Assembly (NCBI GenBank): GCA_043732305.1
Contig: JAYTHU010000196.1
Span: forward strand, 1-58,744
Length of the DNA stretch: 58,744 bases
Source of the DNA: Oligoflexia bacterium
GTDB lineage: Bacteria; Bdellovibrionota; Bdellovibrionia; JABDDW01
Reading direction: 5' to 3'
Position 1 is the first letter of the stretch, and the number at the start of each line of letters is the position of its first letter. Below, piece after piece: positions 1 through 10,010 of the stretch. A model generated the notes under the pieces. The model ran no database searches. It was given only the letters and a program-made list of their open reading frames with translations, and was not told where the DNA came from. The position numbers were made by a program, and so were the translations under genes.

Positions 1-114
1 CAAATATTTTGTCGCGTTCGGAGTTACCTTGTGACTTGTAGAAAACACGGAATCAATCCTACAGAGGCACTCAAATTACTGTTCGCTGACGAAAAACCAT
101 TCTTTATGACCTAG
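1..114 (+). CDS. IS66-family transposase, C-terminal fragment (truncated by window edge)
   Basis: Frame 1 reads QIFCRVRSYLVTCRKHGINPTEALKLLFADEKPFFMT*, matching the IS66 TnpC C-terminal FCRxRSYLxTCRKxG pattern. Confidence 0.8.
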   Translation, partial: QIFCRVRSYLVTCRKHGINPTEALKLLFADEKPFFMT

Positions 115-129
115 CGGCTGGCCTGTTAC
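1..129 (+). mobile_element. Right end of an IS66-family insertion sequence; putative IRR at 115-129
   Basis: CGGCTGGCCTGTTAC follows the transposase stop directly; its reverse complement begins GTAA, the typical IS66 terminus. Confidence 0.7.
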
Positions 130-401
130 TTTTATTCTTTATCTTTCCGATGTTTTGTTTTGCTAAAGAGCTGGAAGACTGCACACGTGCGTTTCAGCCA
201 AATCGGTTGGAAGTGAAATTTACTTACGGCAAGCAACTCAACATCAGCAGTTATAAGATTGTAGACTGAAAGCATTTACTTTTAGATTTTGGCAAAAATA
301 AGCGAGATGCGGATCGCTCGCTCGCAATAATTAAATAATGTAAATTTACTCAACAGTGTTTTGTTGGACGACTAAACCCTCAGTTTATCTATTGGAAATG
401 A
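130..401 (+). pseudogene. Decayed small secreted-protein gene interrupted by the IS
   Basis: One frame reads LFFIFPMFCFAKELEDCTRAFQPNRLEV...YKIVD*KHLLLDFGKNKRDADRSLAIIK*CKFTQQCFVGRLNPQFIYWK*; partial signal peptide, in-frame stops at 267 and 336. Confidence 0.6.
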
Positions 402-433
402 CGCAAGTCTGGACAAAAAGGAAGCTGGTACCT
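397..433 (-). repeat. Copy C of the AGGTAC-N3-(G/C)TTCCTTTT...GCGTCA element
   Basis: Minus strand reads AGGTACCAGCTTCCTTTTTGTCCAGACTTGCGTCATT; similar to copies at 36934 and 39241. Confidence 0.65.
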
Positions 434-1719
434 TAGAGGAAAAACAAGAGGCCGGCGACCAGGAAGACGGGAACCAGGAATAAGAAGGCCCGGATGAAGT
501 AGCCGATGAAGGATGGTGTTTCAAATCCTTCGCTTTCGGCGACGGATTTGATTAAAAGATTTGGCGCATTTCCAATATACGTCAGTGCTCCGAAACAGAC
601 GGAAGCCACGCTTATGGCCATCAAATACATTTCATTGATTGTTGCCCCGGAGGCAAGCCTTACAATCGGGAAACTTTCGGGCAAGGCAGTGGCGAGCGAA
701 AGCATAGACGCGTAAGTGGGGGCATTGTCCAGGAATGCGGAAAGTCCGCCAGTGAGCCAATAGAAAACCCAAGGGTTCAATTGTTTTTCGATGTGAGGAG
801 CAATGGATTCTAAATATTTTGTAGTCAATGTCATGGTCGCAAAGATGGCAGCAAAAACATTCATCACTTCTCTGAACGGTTCCCAAGAAAAATTATTTAA
901 AGAAACAATTTGTTTTGGTGTAAGCACATTACTCATTTCCAGAATTCCAATGAGCATGAACATGCGTAGAGCTAGGCGCCAAGTGTTGTTCGGGAGATGA
1001 AGCATTTGCGGAACAACCATGGCTGCAATAGTGAGTAAAGCTAAAACCAAATTCCATCGACCCAAAATCTTGAACGGTTCTTTAATTTCAGATTTAAGTG
1101 GTCCTCGAAAATCGGGATCGTTTAAAAAGAAAAACGCATCAACAGCCGCAAAAATAGCAATCAGTGCGGTGATAATAAACATCCACACGGGGAAAAGCTT
1201 AAACGCCCACCAAAAAGGAACGCCGGCGAGATAACCATAAAGAAGTGGTGGATCACCAAGTGGTGTAAGCATCCCTGCGCAATTGCAAACGATGAAAATG
1301 AAAAATAAAACCACGTGCTTCTCATTTTTGCGCCCGCGATTACTACGCAGCAATGGCCGAATAAGAAGCATGCTCGCACCAAGAGTGCCGATAAAATTCG
1401 CAAGTAATGCACCGACAAGCATGTAACCAATATTCGTGAGTGGATTTGCCTTTGGAGTACCAGTCACATAAAGGCCGCCGCCGATTTTATAAAGAGTGCC
1501 CAAAAGGAGGATGAAATTGATGTAATCCACCAAAGTGTGCAAAACCCAGTGCGGATTATACGAAAAAGTGAGCAGAAGCGAGGGGATCGCAAACATCGAA
1601 AGGATCAAGAAATGAAATTTCTTCCAAAAGCGAGGGGCAAGTGTAGGCAAGATAGCCACACTTAAGAGCACCGCTAGGAAGGGAAGACAGAACCAGGGGT
1701 ATAAAATCATCGAATTCAT
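433..1719 (-). CDS. Putative ion-transporter (IT superfamily) protein, sodium:proton antiporter / CitMHS_2-like
   Basis: Polytopic membrane protein with LTPLGDPPL, SAFLDNAPTY and TYIGNAPN motifs. Confidence 0.8.
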   Translation of the reverse strand: MNSMILYPWFCLPFLAVLLSVAILPTLAPRFWKKFHFLILSMFAIPSLLLTFSYNPHWVLHTLVDYINFILLLGTLYKIGGGLYVTGTPKANPLTNIGYMLVGALLANFIGTLGASMLLIRPLLRSNRGRKNEKHVVLFFIFIVCNCAGMLTPLGDPPLLYGYLAGVPFWWAFKLFPVWMFIITALIAIFAAVDAFFFLNDPDFRGPLKSEIKEPFKILGRWNLVLALLTIAAMVVPQMLHLPNNTWRLALRMFMLIGILEMSNVLTPKQIVSLNNFSWEPFREVMNVFAAIFATMTLTTKYLESIAPHIEKQLNPWVFYWLTGGLSAFLDNAPTYASMLSLATALPESFPIVRLASGATINEMYLMAISVASVCFGALTYIGNAPNLLIKSVAESEGFETPSFIGYFIRAFLFLVPVFLVAGLLFFL

Positions 1720-1726
1720 TAAAACT

Positions 1727-1778
1727 ACACTAACTCTCTTTCAATGGTGTTGCAATTTCTGCGCTGTAGAAATATTCT
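1727..1778. promoter_or_regulatory. Bidirectional sigma70-type promoter with a shared palindromic -35 (TTGCAA, 1750-1755)
   Basis: Plus strand: TTGCAA-17-TATTCT-7-ATG(1786). Minus strand: TTGCAA-17-TAGTGT-7-ATG(1719). Confidence 0.6.
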
Positions 1779-1785
1779 ACTTCGC

Positions 1786-3606
1786 ATGTCAGAACAAAAA
1801 ATTCGAAATATCGCAATTATCGCTCACGTCGATCACGGGAAAACCACGCTCGTTGATGGACTTTTACGACAAAGTGGAACCTTCAGAAGCAATGAAGTTG
1901 TAGCCGAGCGAGTGATGGACTCCATGGATCTTGAAAAAGAACGTGGAATCACCATTCAAGCAAAGAATACTTCCGTGCAATATGAAGGCTACAAAATCAA
2001 TATCGTCGATACCCCGGGTCACGCAGACTTTGGTGGGGAAGTAGAACGTACCTTGAAGATGGTCGATGGCGTAATGCTGTTGGTCGATGCTTCCGAAGGT
2101 CCGCTCCCTCAGACACGATTTGTTTTGAAAAAAGCTCTTGAAGGCAATCTTAAGGTTATTGTTGTTATCAATAAAATTGACCGTCATGATGCGCGAATCG
2201 ACGAAGTCGTAAATGAAGTTTTCGATTTATTCATCGATCTCGATGCCGAAGACTGGCAAGCCGATTTCCCAATCATTTACGCTGTGGCCAGAGAGAGCTG
2301 GGCGGTTAATGATTTGAAAGATCGAGATCTCCCAAATAAAAGTCTTGATCCTATTTTCAAAAAAGTTATCGAAGTCATTCCCGCTCCTAAAGGTAAACCA
2401 GAAAATAATCTCCAGGTTCTGGTCACAAATATTGGTTACAATAACTTCATGGGTCGTTTGGCTATTGGCCGCGTCACTGAAGGAACAATCAAACTTGGCG
2501 ATACCGTGAGTATTGTTAAAGCAGACAAAGTGAACAAGATTCGCGTTTCTGCTCTCTACACCTATGAAGGTTTGAAACAAGTTGAGACCACCACGGTTGA
2601 AGCGGGCGACATCTGTATCATCGCCGGTGAGCAAGGAATTGAAATCGGAGACACTATCTCCAGTGTTGAAAATCCCATTGCAATGTCCCGCGTCGTTGTT
2701 GAAGAACCTACTGTCAGCATGATCTTCTCCGTCAACAATGGTCCCTTCGCTGGAAAAGAAGGCGAGCAAGTCACTTCTAGGAAAATCTTGGAACGTTTAG
2801 AAAAAGAACTTCTTTATAACGTTTCATTGCGAATGGAAAAAACTGAGGCTACTGATTCTTTCAAAGTTTACGGTCGAGGCGAACTTCAATTGGGAATTCT
2901 TATTGAACAAATGCGCCGCGAAGGTTTTGAACTTCTCGTCAGTAAGCCTCGTGTTTTGATTAAGACCATTGACGGACAAAAATGTGAGCCTATCGAACAA
3001 GCTGTGTTTGACGTTCCTGAATTCGCCGTCGGTGTTGTTTCAGAAAAAATGGGTCTTCGCAAAGGTGTGATGTCCAATATGGTGAACAAAGGCTCCGGTC
3101 GCGTTCGCTTGGAATTCATTATTCCCTCACGCGGATTGATTGGATACCGAAGTGAATTTTTGACGGATACTAAAGGTACCGGAATGATGAACACTATTTC
3201 CCATGGTTACGAGCCCTGGAAAGGTGATATCGGCGGCCGTAAGAACGGCGCTCTTATTTCGGATCGTGGTGGAGAATCTGTTACCTACGGACTCTTCCAT
3301 TTGGAACCTCGCGGAAAAATGTTTATCGGTGCCGGCATTGCAGTTTATGAAGGCATGATCGTTGGCGAACACGCCAAGGATAATGACCTGGTCGTAAACG
3401 CTATTCGAGAAAAGAAATTGACCAACATGCGCGCGTCTGGTTCAGACGATGCAGTTAAGCTCACCACTCCTATTAACATGACTTTGGAAAAAGCTATGGA
3501 ATGGATTGAAGATGATGAGCTCATTGAGGTCACTCCTAAGAATATTCGTCTGCGCAAACGAGCTCTCGATCCTAATATGAGAAAGCGAACCGAGAAAATT
3601 GACTGA
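1786..3606 (+). CDS. typA: Translational GTPase TypA/BipA
   Basis: [52 protein letters not shown]; start moved to ATG 1786. Confidence 0.97.
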   Translation: MSEQKIRNIAIIAHVDHGKTTLVDGLLRQSGTFRSNEVVAERVMDSMDLEKERGITIQAKNTSVQYEGYKINIVDTPGHADFGGEVERTLKMVDGVMLLVDASEGPLPQTRFVLKKALEGNLKVIVVINKIDRHDARIDEVVNEVFDLFIDLDAEDWQADFPIIYAVARESWAVNDLKDRDLPNKSLDPIFKKVIEVIPAPKGKPENNLQVLVTNIGYNNFMGRLAIGRVTEGTIKLGDTVSIVKADKVNKIRVSALYTYEGLKQVETTTVEAGDICIIAGEQGIEIGDTISSVENPIAMSRVVVEEPTVSMIFSVNNGPFAGKEGEQVTSRKILERLEKELLYNVSLRMEKTEATDSFKVYGRGELQLGILIEQMRREGFELLVSKPRVLIKTIDGQKCEPIEQAVFDVPEFAVGVVSEKMGLRKGVMSNMVNKGSGRVRLEFIIPSRGLIGYRSEFLTDTKGTGMMNTISHGYEPWKGDIGGRKNGALISDRGGESVTYGLFHLEPRGKMFIGAGIAVYEGMIVGEHAKDNDLVVNAIREKKLTNMRASGSDDAVKLTTPINMTLEKAMEWIEDDELIEVTPKNIRLRKRALDPNMRKRTEKID

Positions 3607-4522
3607 GATTGTCGCTGAAGGGCGAAGTCTGGTTAAAAAGTACGGCGACAAAGTCGTCGTAGCGGGAATCCATTTTCAAATAAAAAAAGGCGAATGCTTC
3701 GGTTTCCTCGGGCCTAACGGCGCCGGGAAAACTTCAACCATGAAGATGATGTATTGTCTCTCCCCAGTCTCTGGCGGAGAGCTGCATGTCTTAGGGTTGG
3801 ATGTCACTCGCCAGGCTGCAGATATCAAAAAACGCATCGGTGTTGTTCCCCAAGAAGATGGACTAGATCCTGACTTCACAGTTCTAGAAAATCTTCTCAT
3901 TTACGGAAGTTATTTTAATCTACCCAAAGCCGAAATCGAAAAGAGATCACGAGAACTCCTGCGCTTCATGCGAATAGATGAAAAAACCACAGCTTCGGTC
4001 GATCAGCTCTCTGGTGGAATGAAGCGACGGTTGGCGATTGCTCGCGGAATGCTCAATAATCCAGAACTTTTATTTTTAGATGAACCTTCTACCGGTTTAG
4101 ATCCCCAGGCGCGCCATCTTATTTGGGACAATCTGCGGGAGCTAAAATCTCGTGGAATGAGTATTGTACTCACCACCCATTACATGGAAGAAGCTGAAGT
4201 TCTCTGCGATCGCTTAGCTATCATGGATCATGGAAAATTTCTCTGCGAAGGAAAACCACAAACCTTGATCAACGACATCATTGGACATGAAGTTGTCGAA
4301 TTCAGTGTTTCTGAAGCGGATAAGAAATATGCCATCGATAAGATCAAAGACAAGTACGACTATCAAGTGATTAGAAACCGTTTTCATCTGTTCATTAAAA
4401 AAGGTCAGGATGGAAAACAAGCTCTCAATATTATTCCCAGTGATGACATGACCGTGCGCAAAGCCACTCTGGAAGATGTGTTTTTGAAAGTCGCTGGTCA
4501 CGACCTCCGTGACGGGAATTAA
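3599..4522 (+). CDS. ABC-2 exporter ATP-binding protein (NodI-like)
   Basis: [39 protein letters not shown]. Confidence 0.92.
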   Translation: MTEIVAEGRSLVKKYGDKVVVAGIHFQIKKGECFGFLGPNGAGKTSTMKMMYCLSPVSGGELHVLGLDVTRQAADIKKRIGVVPQEDGLDPDFTVLENLLIYGSYFNLPKAEIEKRSRELLRFMRIDEKTTASVDQLSGGMKRRLAIARGMLNNPELLFLDEPSTGLDPQARHLIWDNLRELKSRGMSIVLTTHYMEEAEVLCDRLAIMDHGKFLCEGKPQTLINDIIGHEVVEFSVSEADKKYAIDKIKDKYDYQVIRNRFHLFIKKGQDGKQALNIIPSDDMTVRKATLEDVFLKVAGHDLRDGN

Positions 4523-4525
4523 TCA

Positions 4526-5332
4526 ATGACAGAAATACTAAAAAATGTGGCTTTAGATATGTTTCGATTCCCAAGATTGGGAGTGGGGATGTATCGTGTT
4601 TGGTATCGCAATTTTTTTTATTATAAAAAGTTTTTTATCTCCGCCATTCTCATGAACTTTGCAGAACCTATTTTGTACATCATCGCATTCGGATACGGAT
4701 TAGGTTTTTTTGTTGGCAATGTAGATGGTGTGCCTTACCTTTTATTTTTTGCCCCGGCTATTTTATGCACTACGGCCATGCAAGGTGCTGTTTTTGAAGC
4801 GACCTATTCCAGCTTTACTAAACTTAGAGTTCAGAAGACTTTTGAAACCATTATGATGAGTCCAGTTTCGATTGAAGAAATTGTCGCCGGTGAAATATTC
4901 TGGGCGGCGACACGTTCTTTTTTTGGAACTCTCGCGGTGATGATCGTGCTTGCGCTTCTTGGATTAGTGCAGACCCCGCTTGCGTGGGTAGCGCTGCCGT
5001 TTTTATTCCTACTTTGCTTAACCATGGCAAGTATCTCGATGGTCATGACAAGTTTTGCGCGAGATTATGACTTTTTTACTTATTATTTTTCTCTGTTTGT
5101 AACTCCGATGAGTTTGCTTTCAGGAACCTTTTTTCCCCTAAGTCATTTTCCAAAATGGGCACAAATTGTTGCACAGTTTCTACCACTCACCCACGCAGTG
5201 ATTGTCGCGAGAGCGTTGTTCTTAGATAAATGGGAAAATTCAATGTGGATTCACATTGCAGTGCTTATGTTTATTTGTATCGTGTTTGCCAACTGGGCAA
5301 TCAATCAGACCAAGCGTCGTCTCATTTACTGA
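4526..5332 (+). CDS. ABC-2 exporter permease (NodJ-like)
   Basis: About 6 TM segments, VWYRN, EPILY, SGTFFP, PLTHAV; follows the ATPase. Confidence 0.9.
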   Translation: MTEILKNVALDMFRFPRLGVGMYRVWYRNFFYYKKFFISAILMNFAEPILYIIAFGYGLGFFVGNVDGVPYLLFFAPAILCTTAMQGAVFEATYSSFTKLRVQKTFETIMMSPVSIEEIVAGEIFWAATRSFFGTLAVMIVLALLGLVQTPLAWVALPFLFLLCLTMASISMVMTSFARDYDFFTYYFSLFVTPMSLLSGTFFPLSHFPKWAQIVAQFLPLTHAVIVARALFLDKWENSMWIHIAVLMFICIVFANWAINQTKRRLIY

Positions 5333-5556
5333 TTTTTTAATATTGTGATTAACGCTGAACGCAATTCATGACAATTTCATTAGGTCTTGAATTGTAGTTT
5401 CCTGACACGATTTGTCCTCGGCTCAACACTGCGTCTTGTGAGAACTCAAGATATAGAATGCGGGTGGGATGCAAGGCGAAGCTCTTATTCCTGGAGCGCT
5501 TATACTCGAGGTGATACTGCCTTTTGAGCTAAGTGACGTAGATTGTTGTTCTGGCC

Positions 5557-6423
5557 TTACAATTCTGCCTGGTTGATAGCTTTAGGGGCAGCATTCTTGG
5601 AGGAGAAAATAGCCAGTGCTACCAGGGTAAAAATATAGGGCAAGGATTGCGTGAGTTGCGTGGGAATTTGAAAGTCGCCAATATTTTGAATGAATATTTG
5701 TAGAGCGTCGAGCAATCCAAAAAATAGGCACGCGAGTAATGTGGGGACCGGTTTCCAGCGCCCAAAGATCAGCGCCGTGAGTGCAATGAATCCGCGCCCA
5801 GCGCTCATGTTTCGGGTGTAGCCACTGCCGGCACCAATCGATAAATATATTCCACCAAACGAAATAATAACGGAACCAAGAAGTATGGCCAGCCAACGAG
5901 TCTTCTCCACATTCCCCCCCTGTGTTCTTAACGCCCCTGGGTGATCTCCACTTGCCGTAATATGTAGTCCGAATGGAGTTTCGCGAAGCACAATCGTGAC
6001 TAGACCAATGGCAATGGCCGCTGCAAAAACAAAAAACCATTGATTGGAAAATCTCTCTGCGAGCGTGAGAGACGGAGTTTGACCCGACTCACCGTAAAAG
6101 GCTTTGCACAAAACAGGAATGAGGCCGAGAGCCCAAATATTTAATCCTGTGCCGACAATGATCTGATCCGATTTTGCTTTGACAGTAAAAAACGCAAAAA
6201 TTATTCCTACAAAAAAACTAGCTAAGATTCCCGAGAAAACACTCAATGCAATATTGTGGGTGGTAGCCATGACTGCGGCTGCTGTGAAGCTACTAAAAAG
6301 TAAAAATGCTTCAAGCGCGATATTGGCAACTCCGGATTTTTCGCAAAGTAATCCACCCATGGCCGCAAAAATAAGTGGAAGTGAAATTCTGAGTCCAGAA
6401 AGAAACCAATCAGCGATCAGCAC
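5557..6423 (-). CDS. Nucleoside/sugar ABC transporter permease (NupC-like)
   Basis: EKSGVANIALE, GRGFIALTALIFGRWKP, LPY; GTG start with GGAGG SD. Confidence 0.9.
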   Translation of the reverse strand: MLIADWFLSGLRISLPLIFAAMGGLLCEKSGVANIALEAFLLFSSFTAAAVMATTHNIALSVFSGILASFFVGIIFAFFTVKAKSDQIIVGTGLNIWALGLIPVLCKAFYGESGQTPSLTLAERFSNQWFFVFAAAIAIGLVTIVLRETPFGLHITASGDHPGALRTQGGNVEKTRWLAILLGSVIISFGGIYLSIGAGSGYTRNMSAGRGFIALTALIFGRWKPVPTLLACLFFGLLDALQIFIQNIGDFQIPTQLTQSLPYIFTLVALAIFSSKNAAPKAINQAEL

Positions 6424-7450
6424 GAATTTTACCTCCAAGTTTTAACCAATAAGGTTGGCTTGCAATGAATAAAATCATCAGCCCTTGAATCATCACAGCC
6501 ATATCACGAGTTATTTTTTCAGTGTCCAGTTCAAGATCTAGAGCTCCTTTAGCAAGTGCGCCGAAAAGAATAGCAGAGAATAAAACGTTGATCGGCTTGT
6601 TGCGCGCAAGAAGTGCCACGGCGATTCCGAAAAAACCATAACCGGGAGAAAACTGATCTTTGTATTTATGAGTATTGCCAAGGATTTCTGATACGGCCAC
6701 CAACCCTGCAAGGCTGCCGGATAAAAACATTGCCTGCACAATTCTTTTGGTGACGGGAACTCCGGAACGTCGAGCGGTTTCAATCTGAGAGCCAACAAGT
6801 CTTACTTCCAATCCCCAATTTGTCTTAAACAACAAAAACCAAACAGTGAAAATCGAGAATAGAGAAATTAGAAAAGAGCTGTTGAGGCTCGAGGGTGCTC
6901 CTTGGTTCAGGAAATTCAAATGACTCAAAAAATAATTAGCTGGTAATTCTGCCGACTCTGGATTTTGAGAGTTTGGATTTCTCACGACGTTTAGAATCAC
7001 ATAACTGCAAAGAGCGTAGGAAATGAAATTGAGCATGATTGTGACGATGACTTCGTGACTGCCCCTTTTGGCCTTGAGATATCCTGCAATCGAGGCCCAA
7101 AGTCCTCCTCCCAAAAGTGCCATAAATACGCAAATGAGAAAACCCGCTGTAGAGGATAGATGCGAAAATTTTAAAGCTGTGAACGTCATGAAAAGGGAGC
7201 CGATATAGAGTTGGCCTTCAGCTCCAATATTAAAAAGGCCAACATGAAAAGCAACAAGCACAGACAAACCAGTAAAAATTAATGGGGTGGCATAGTTGAG
7301 GGTGGCTAAAATATTATCCACATTTCCGAAAGCTGAATGTCCTAAAACTTTCAATACTTCCCACGGACTTTCCCCCAAGAATTTTACCACTATGAGACTT
7401 ACCGCAAGACCTGCAAAAATAGACAGCAGGCTGGTTATAAATCCTTTCAT
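6410..7450 (-). CDS. Nucleoside/sugar ABC transporter permease (NupB-like)
   Basis: GLFNIGAEGQ, EVIVTIMLN, GYGFFGIAVALL. Confidence 0.9.
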   Translation of the reverse strand: MKGFITSLLSIFAGLAVSLIVVKFLGESPWEVLKVLGHSAFGNVDNILATLNYATPLIFTGLSVLVAFHVGLFNIGAEGQLYIGSLFMTFTALKFSHLSSTAGFLICVFMALLGGGLWASIAGYLKAKRGSHEVIVTIMLNFISYALCSYVILNVVRNPNSQNPESAELPANYFLSHLNFLNQGAPSSLNSSFLISLFSIFTVWFLLFKTNWGLEVRLVGSQIETARRSGVPVTKRIVQAMFLSGSLAGLVAVSEILGNTHKYKDQFSPGYGFFGIAVALLARNKPINVLFSAILFGALAKGALDLELDTEKITRDMAVMIQGLMILFIASQPYWLKLGGKIRADR

Positions 7451-8955
7451 GATTTCTCAATCATGGCAGAACCAATTTTTTGAAAATCAAAAACAGGTCC
7501 GATAAATTCGGCGGCAATATTTCCTTCGTTTAAAACCAATATTCGATCACTGAGTTTACAAACTTCTTCTAATTCTGAAGAAATAAGTAAAATTGCGGTA
7601 CCCTCCTGGGCTTTCTGCAAAATAGCATCGTGAATTAGCTCAATAGCTCCGACGTCCACGCCACGAGTGGGCTGACTGACAATTAAGAATTTAGGATCAC
7701 GTCCTTTGATTTCACGGGCTACTACAATTTTTTGTTGGTTCCCGCCGCTGAGTGATTTTACTTTTTGATTCACATCTCGCATTTTGACGTCATAGGAAGC
7801 CAGAATTGTTTTTGAGTGTTCAGTAATTTTTCTGTTTTTCAAGACTCCCATTTGTGAGAGTTTTTTTCCCATTCCAATCATGCAGTTGGTTTTGATGGTT
7901 TCATCCATCCAGAGAGATTGGCGCTGGCGATCTTCAGAAATAAGGCCAAACCCAAATTTCATTCTGACATTAGTTTTTGCCGGGACAAGTTTACCTTGGT
8001 AGTGAATTTCGCCCTCGATGTTCTCTAGCCCCATCAAAGCTTCAACTAAAGCTTGCTGGCCGTTCCCTTCGACACCGGCAACGCCTACGATTTCGCCGGC
8101 TTTGATTTCAAAATTTAACCTTTTAATAGACCCGCGCTGTTTTTTCTCAACACTCAAATTGGAAACTTTGATAACGGATTTCCCATTTTGAATGGAGTCT
8201 AATTTTTTTGCAATCGATTTAAGCGGTCTGCCAATCATGGCTTCAACTAATTTCTCCTTTGTCAGTCCTGTCGTAGAATAAGTACCGATGAGTTTTCCTT
8301 GCCTCAGCACGGTCACTTCATCACAGAGGGAAAATATTTCCTGGAGTTTATGGGTGATGATAATTATAGATTTTCCCGAGTCACGTAAACTTCTGAGTAA
8401 AGTGAAGAAAGATTCTATTTCTTGCGGAGCCAGCACTCCAGTTGGTTCATCCAAAATCAAAATGTCAGCATTTCTAAAAAGAAGTTTTAGAATTTCAATC
8501 CGTTGTTCTAAGCCAACAGATAGAGATTCTGTTGATTCGAACCATGGAACTGAGAGTCTATCTTGAGCAAGCGCTTCGATTTTTTTAAGAGCCGTTTTGC
8601 GATCGAGGAAAATGCCATTTGAGAGTGGCTCAGCGCCTAGGATAATATTTTCTAAGGGGGTTAGAGCTCCCGCAAGTGCGAAATGTTGTTGGACCATACC
8701 GATCCCAAACTCAATTGCTTCTAATGGCGATTTAATCGAAACATTTTTCCCATGCACAAGAATTTTAGATTCTGGATTCTTGTCTGACTGTTCTAAGCCG
8801 AAGAGGACTTTCATAAGCGTGGATTTGCCAGCGCCATTTTCCCCGGCCACAGCATGGATAGTCCCCTTTTTCAAATTAAAATCTATTTTTTGATTCGCTT
8901 GGAACCCATCATAACTTTTTGATATTTGTCGCATTTGAACGGCGAATTCGGACAT
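7447..8955 (-). CDS. CUT2-type ABC ATP-binding protein with two NBDs (NupA-like)
   Basis: GENGAGKST, LDEPT, GVEGNGQ, LSGGNQQK, QPTRGVDVGA. Confidence 0.93.
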   Translation of the reverse strand: MSEFAVQMRQISKSYDGFQANQKIDFNLKKGTIHAVAGENGAGKSTLMKVLFGLEQSDKNPESKILVHGKNVSIKSPLEAIEFGIGMVQQHFALAGALTPLENIILGAEPLSNGIFLDRKTALKKIEALAQDRLSVPWFESTESLSVGLEQRIEILKLLFRNADILILDEPTGVLAPQEIESFFTLLRSLRDSGKSIIIITHKLQEIFSLCDEVTVLRQGKLIGTYSTTGLTKEKLVEAMIGRPLKSIAKKLDSIQNGKSVIKVSNLSVEKKQRGSIKRLNFEIKAGEIVGVAGVEGNGQQALVEALMGLENIEGEIHYQGKLVPAKTNVRMKFGFGLISEDRQRQSLWMDETIKTNCMIGMGKKLSQMGVLKNRKITEHSKTILASYDVKMRDVNQKVKSLSGGNQQKIVVAREIKGRDPKFLIVSQPTRGVDVGAIELIHDAILQKAQEGTAILLISSELEEVCKLSDRILVLNEGNIAAEFIGPVFDFQKIGSAMIEKS

Positions 8956-9965
8956 AAAGACCTCGTCACATAATAATCTGAAACAATTATTTTCCCACTT
9001 GCGATATCTTTTTTGATTTTTTCAATCTTGGCACGCATGTCCGGAGATATCAAACTCTCATTGTTGGAATCCAGTGCGTAGTCGATCCCTTTGTTCGCTA
9101 GTGAGAATACTTTTTTGCCTGGTTTGAACTTGCCTTCTTTATCCGCTTTGATTGCGTCATAAACTGCCAGATCAACACGTTTCATCATGCTCGTCAGAAT
9201 TTTTCCCGGCTTCACCCAGTTTTGATTGCTATCCACCCCTATGGCAAGTTTCTCTTTTTCTTCAACGGCATCAAACACTCCGGTGTTTGTTGCGCCTGCG
9301 ACCGCAAAGATGACGTCAGCGTTCCGAGAGATTTGCGCGAGAGCTAGTTCTTTTCCTTTGGTAGGGTTCATCCAAGCTTCACTGGTGACGCCTGCATAGT
9401 TGGTAAGTACTTTTATTTTTGAATTGCCATATTGAGCACCCTCTTTGTATCCCAGCTCAAATCTCTTGATGAGATCTACATCCATGCCACCAACGAATCC
9501 AACCACTCCAGATTTAGATGTAAGCGCGGCGATATATCCTACCAGAAAACTTCCTTCATGCTCATTGAACATAAGGCTCTGAAGATTGGCTGCTTCGACG
9601 GGAGCATCAACTATGGCAAAATGAGTTTTCGGGAATTGGGCAGCAACTTTTTTTATTGCGTCGGCTTGACTAAAACCAATGGCTATAACCAGTCCATATC
9701 CCCGCTCTGCTAAAGTTCTCAGCGCCGGTTCATAGGCATTGTCATCCGGACTTTCGATTGTCTTAAGGGTAATGCCCAAATCCTTTACGGCATCGCCTGC
9801 TCCCTTGAAGGCCGCGGCATTGAAACTTTTGTCGTCTTTCCCACCTTTATCCAAGACCAATCCGACCTTAAGTCCATCGGCAAATATTGCCCCAGACCAA
9901 AGAATCGCGACAGCGGCAGAAAATAACAAACTAGACATAGGAATAATTTTTCTGAAACCCCTCAT
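8883..9965 (-). CDS. BMP-family (PnrA/TmpC-like) nucleoside ABC substrate-binding protein
   Basis: Signal peptide, GGKDDKSFN, AIGVDSNQ, LTSMMKRVD. Confidence 0.92.
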   Translation of the reverse strand: MRGFRKIIPMSSLLFSAAVAILWSGAIFADGLKVGLVLDKGGKDDKSFNAAAFKGAGDAVKDLGITLKTIESPDDNAYEPALRTLAERGYGLVIAIGFSQADAIKKVAAQFPKTHFAIVDAPVEAANLQSLMFNEHEGSFLVGYIAALTSKSGVVGFVGGMDVDLIKRFELGYKEGAQYGNSKIKVLTNYAGVTSEAWMNPTKGKELALAQISRNADVIFAVAGATNTGVFDAVEEKEKLAIGVDSNQNWVKPGKILTSMMKRVDLAVYDAIKADKEGKFKPGKKVFSLANKGIDYALDSNNESLISPDMRAKIEKIKKDIASGKIIVSDYYVTRSLCPNSPFKCDKYQKVMMGSKRIKK

Positions 9966-10010
9966 TTAAAAACCCCTGCTGCTAAAGAACATTTATAATT
10001 TAAAGACAAT

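Noticed and set aside
5333..5556. 224-bp gap between convergent operons as a possible sRNA or small ORF
   Set aside because: No convincing ORF, structure or known RNA motif was seen by eye.
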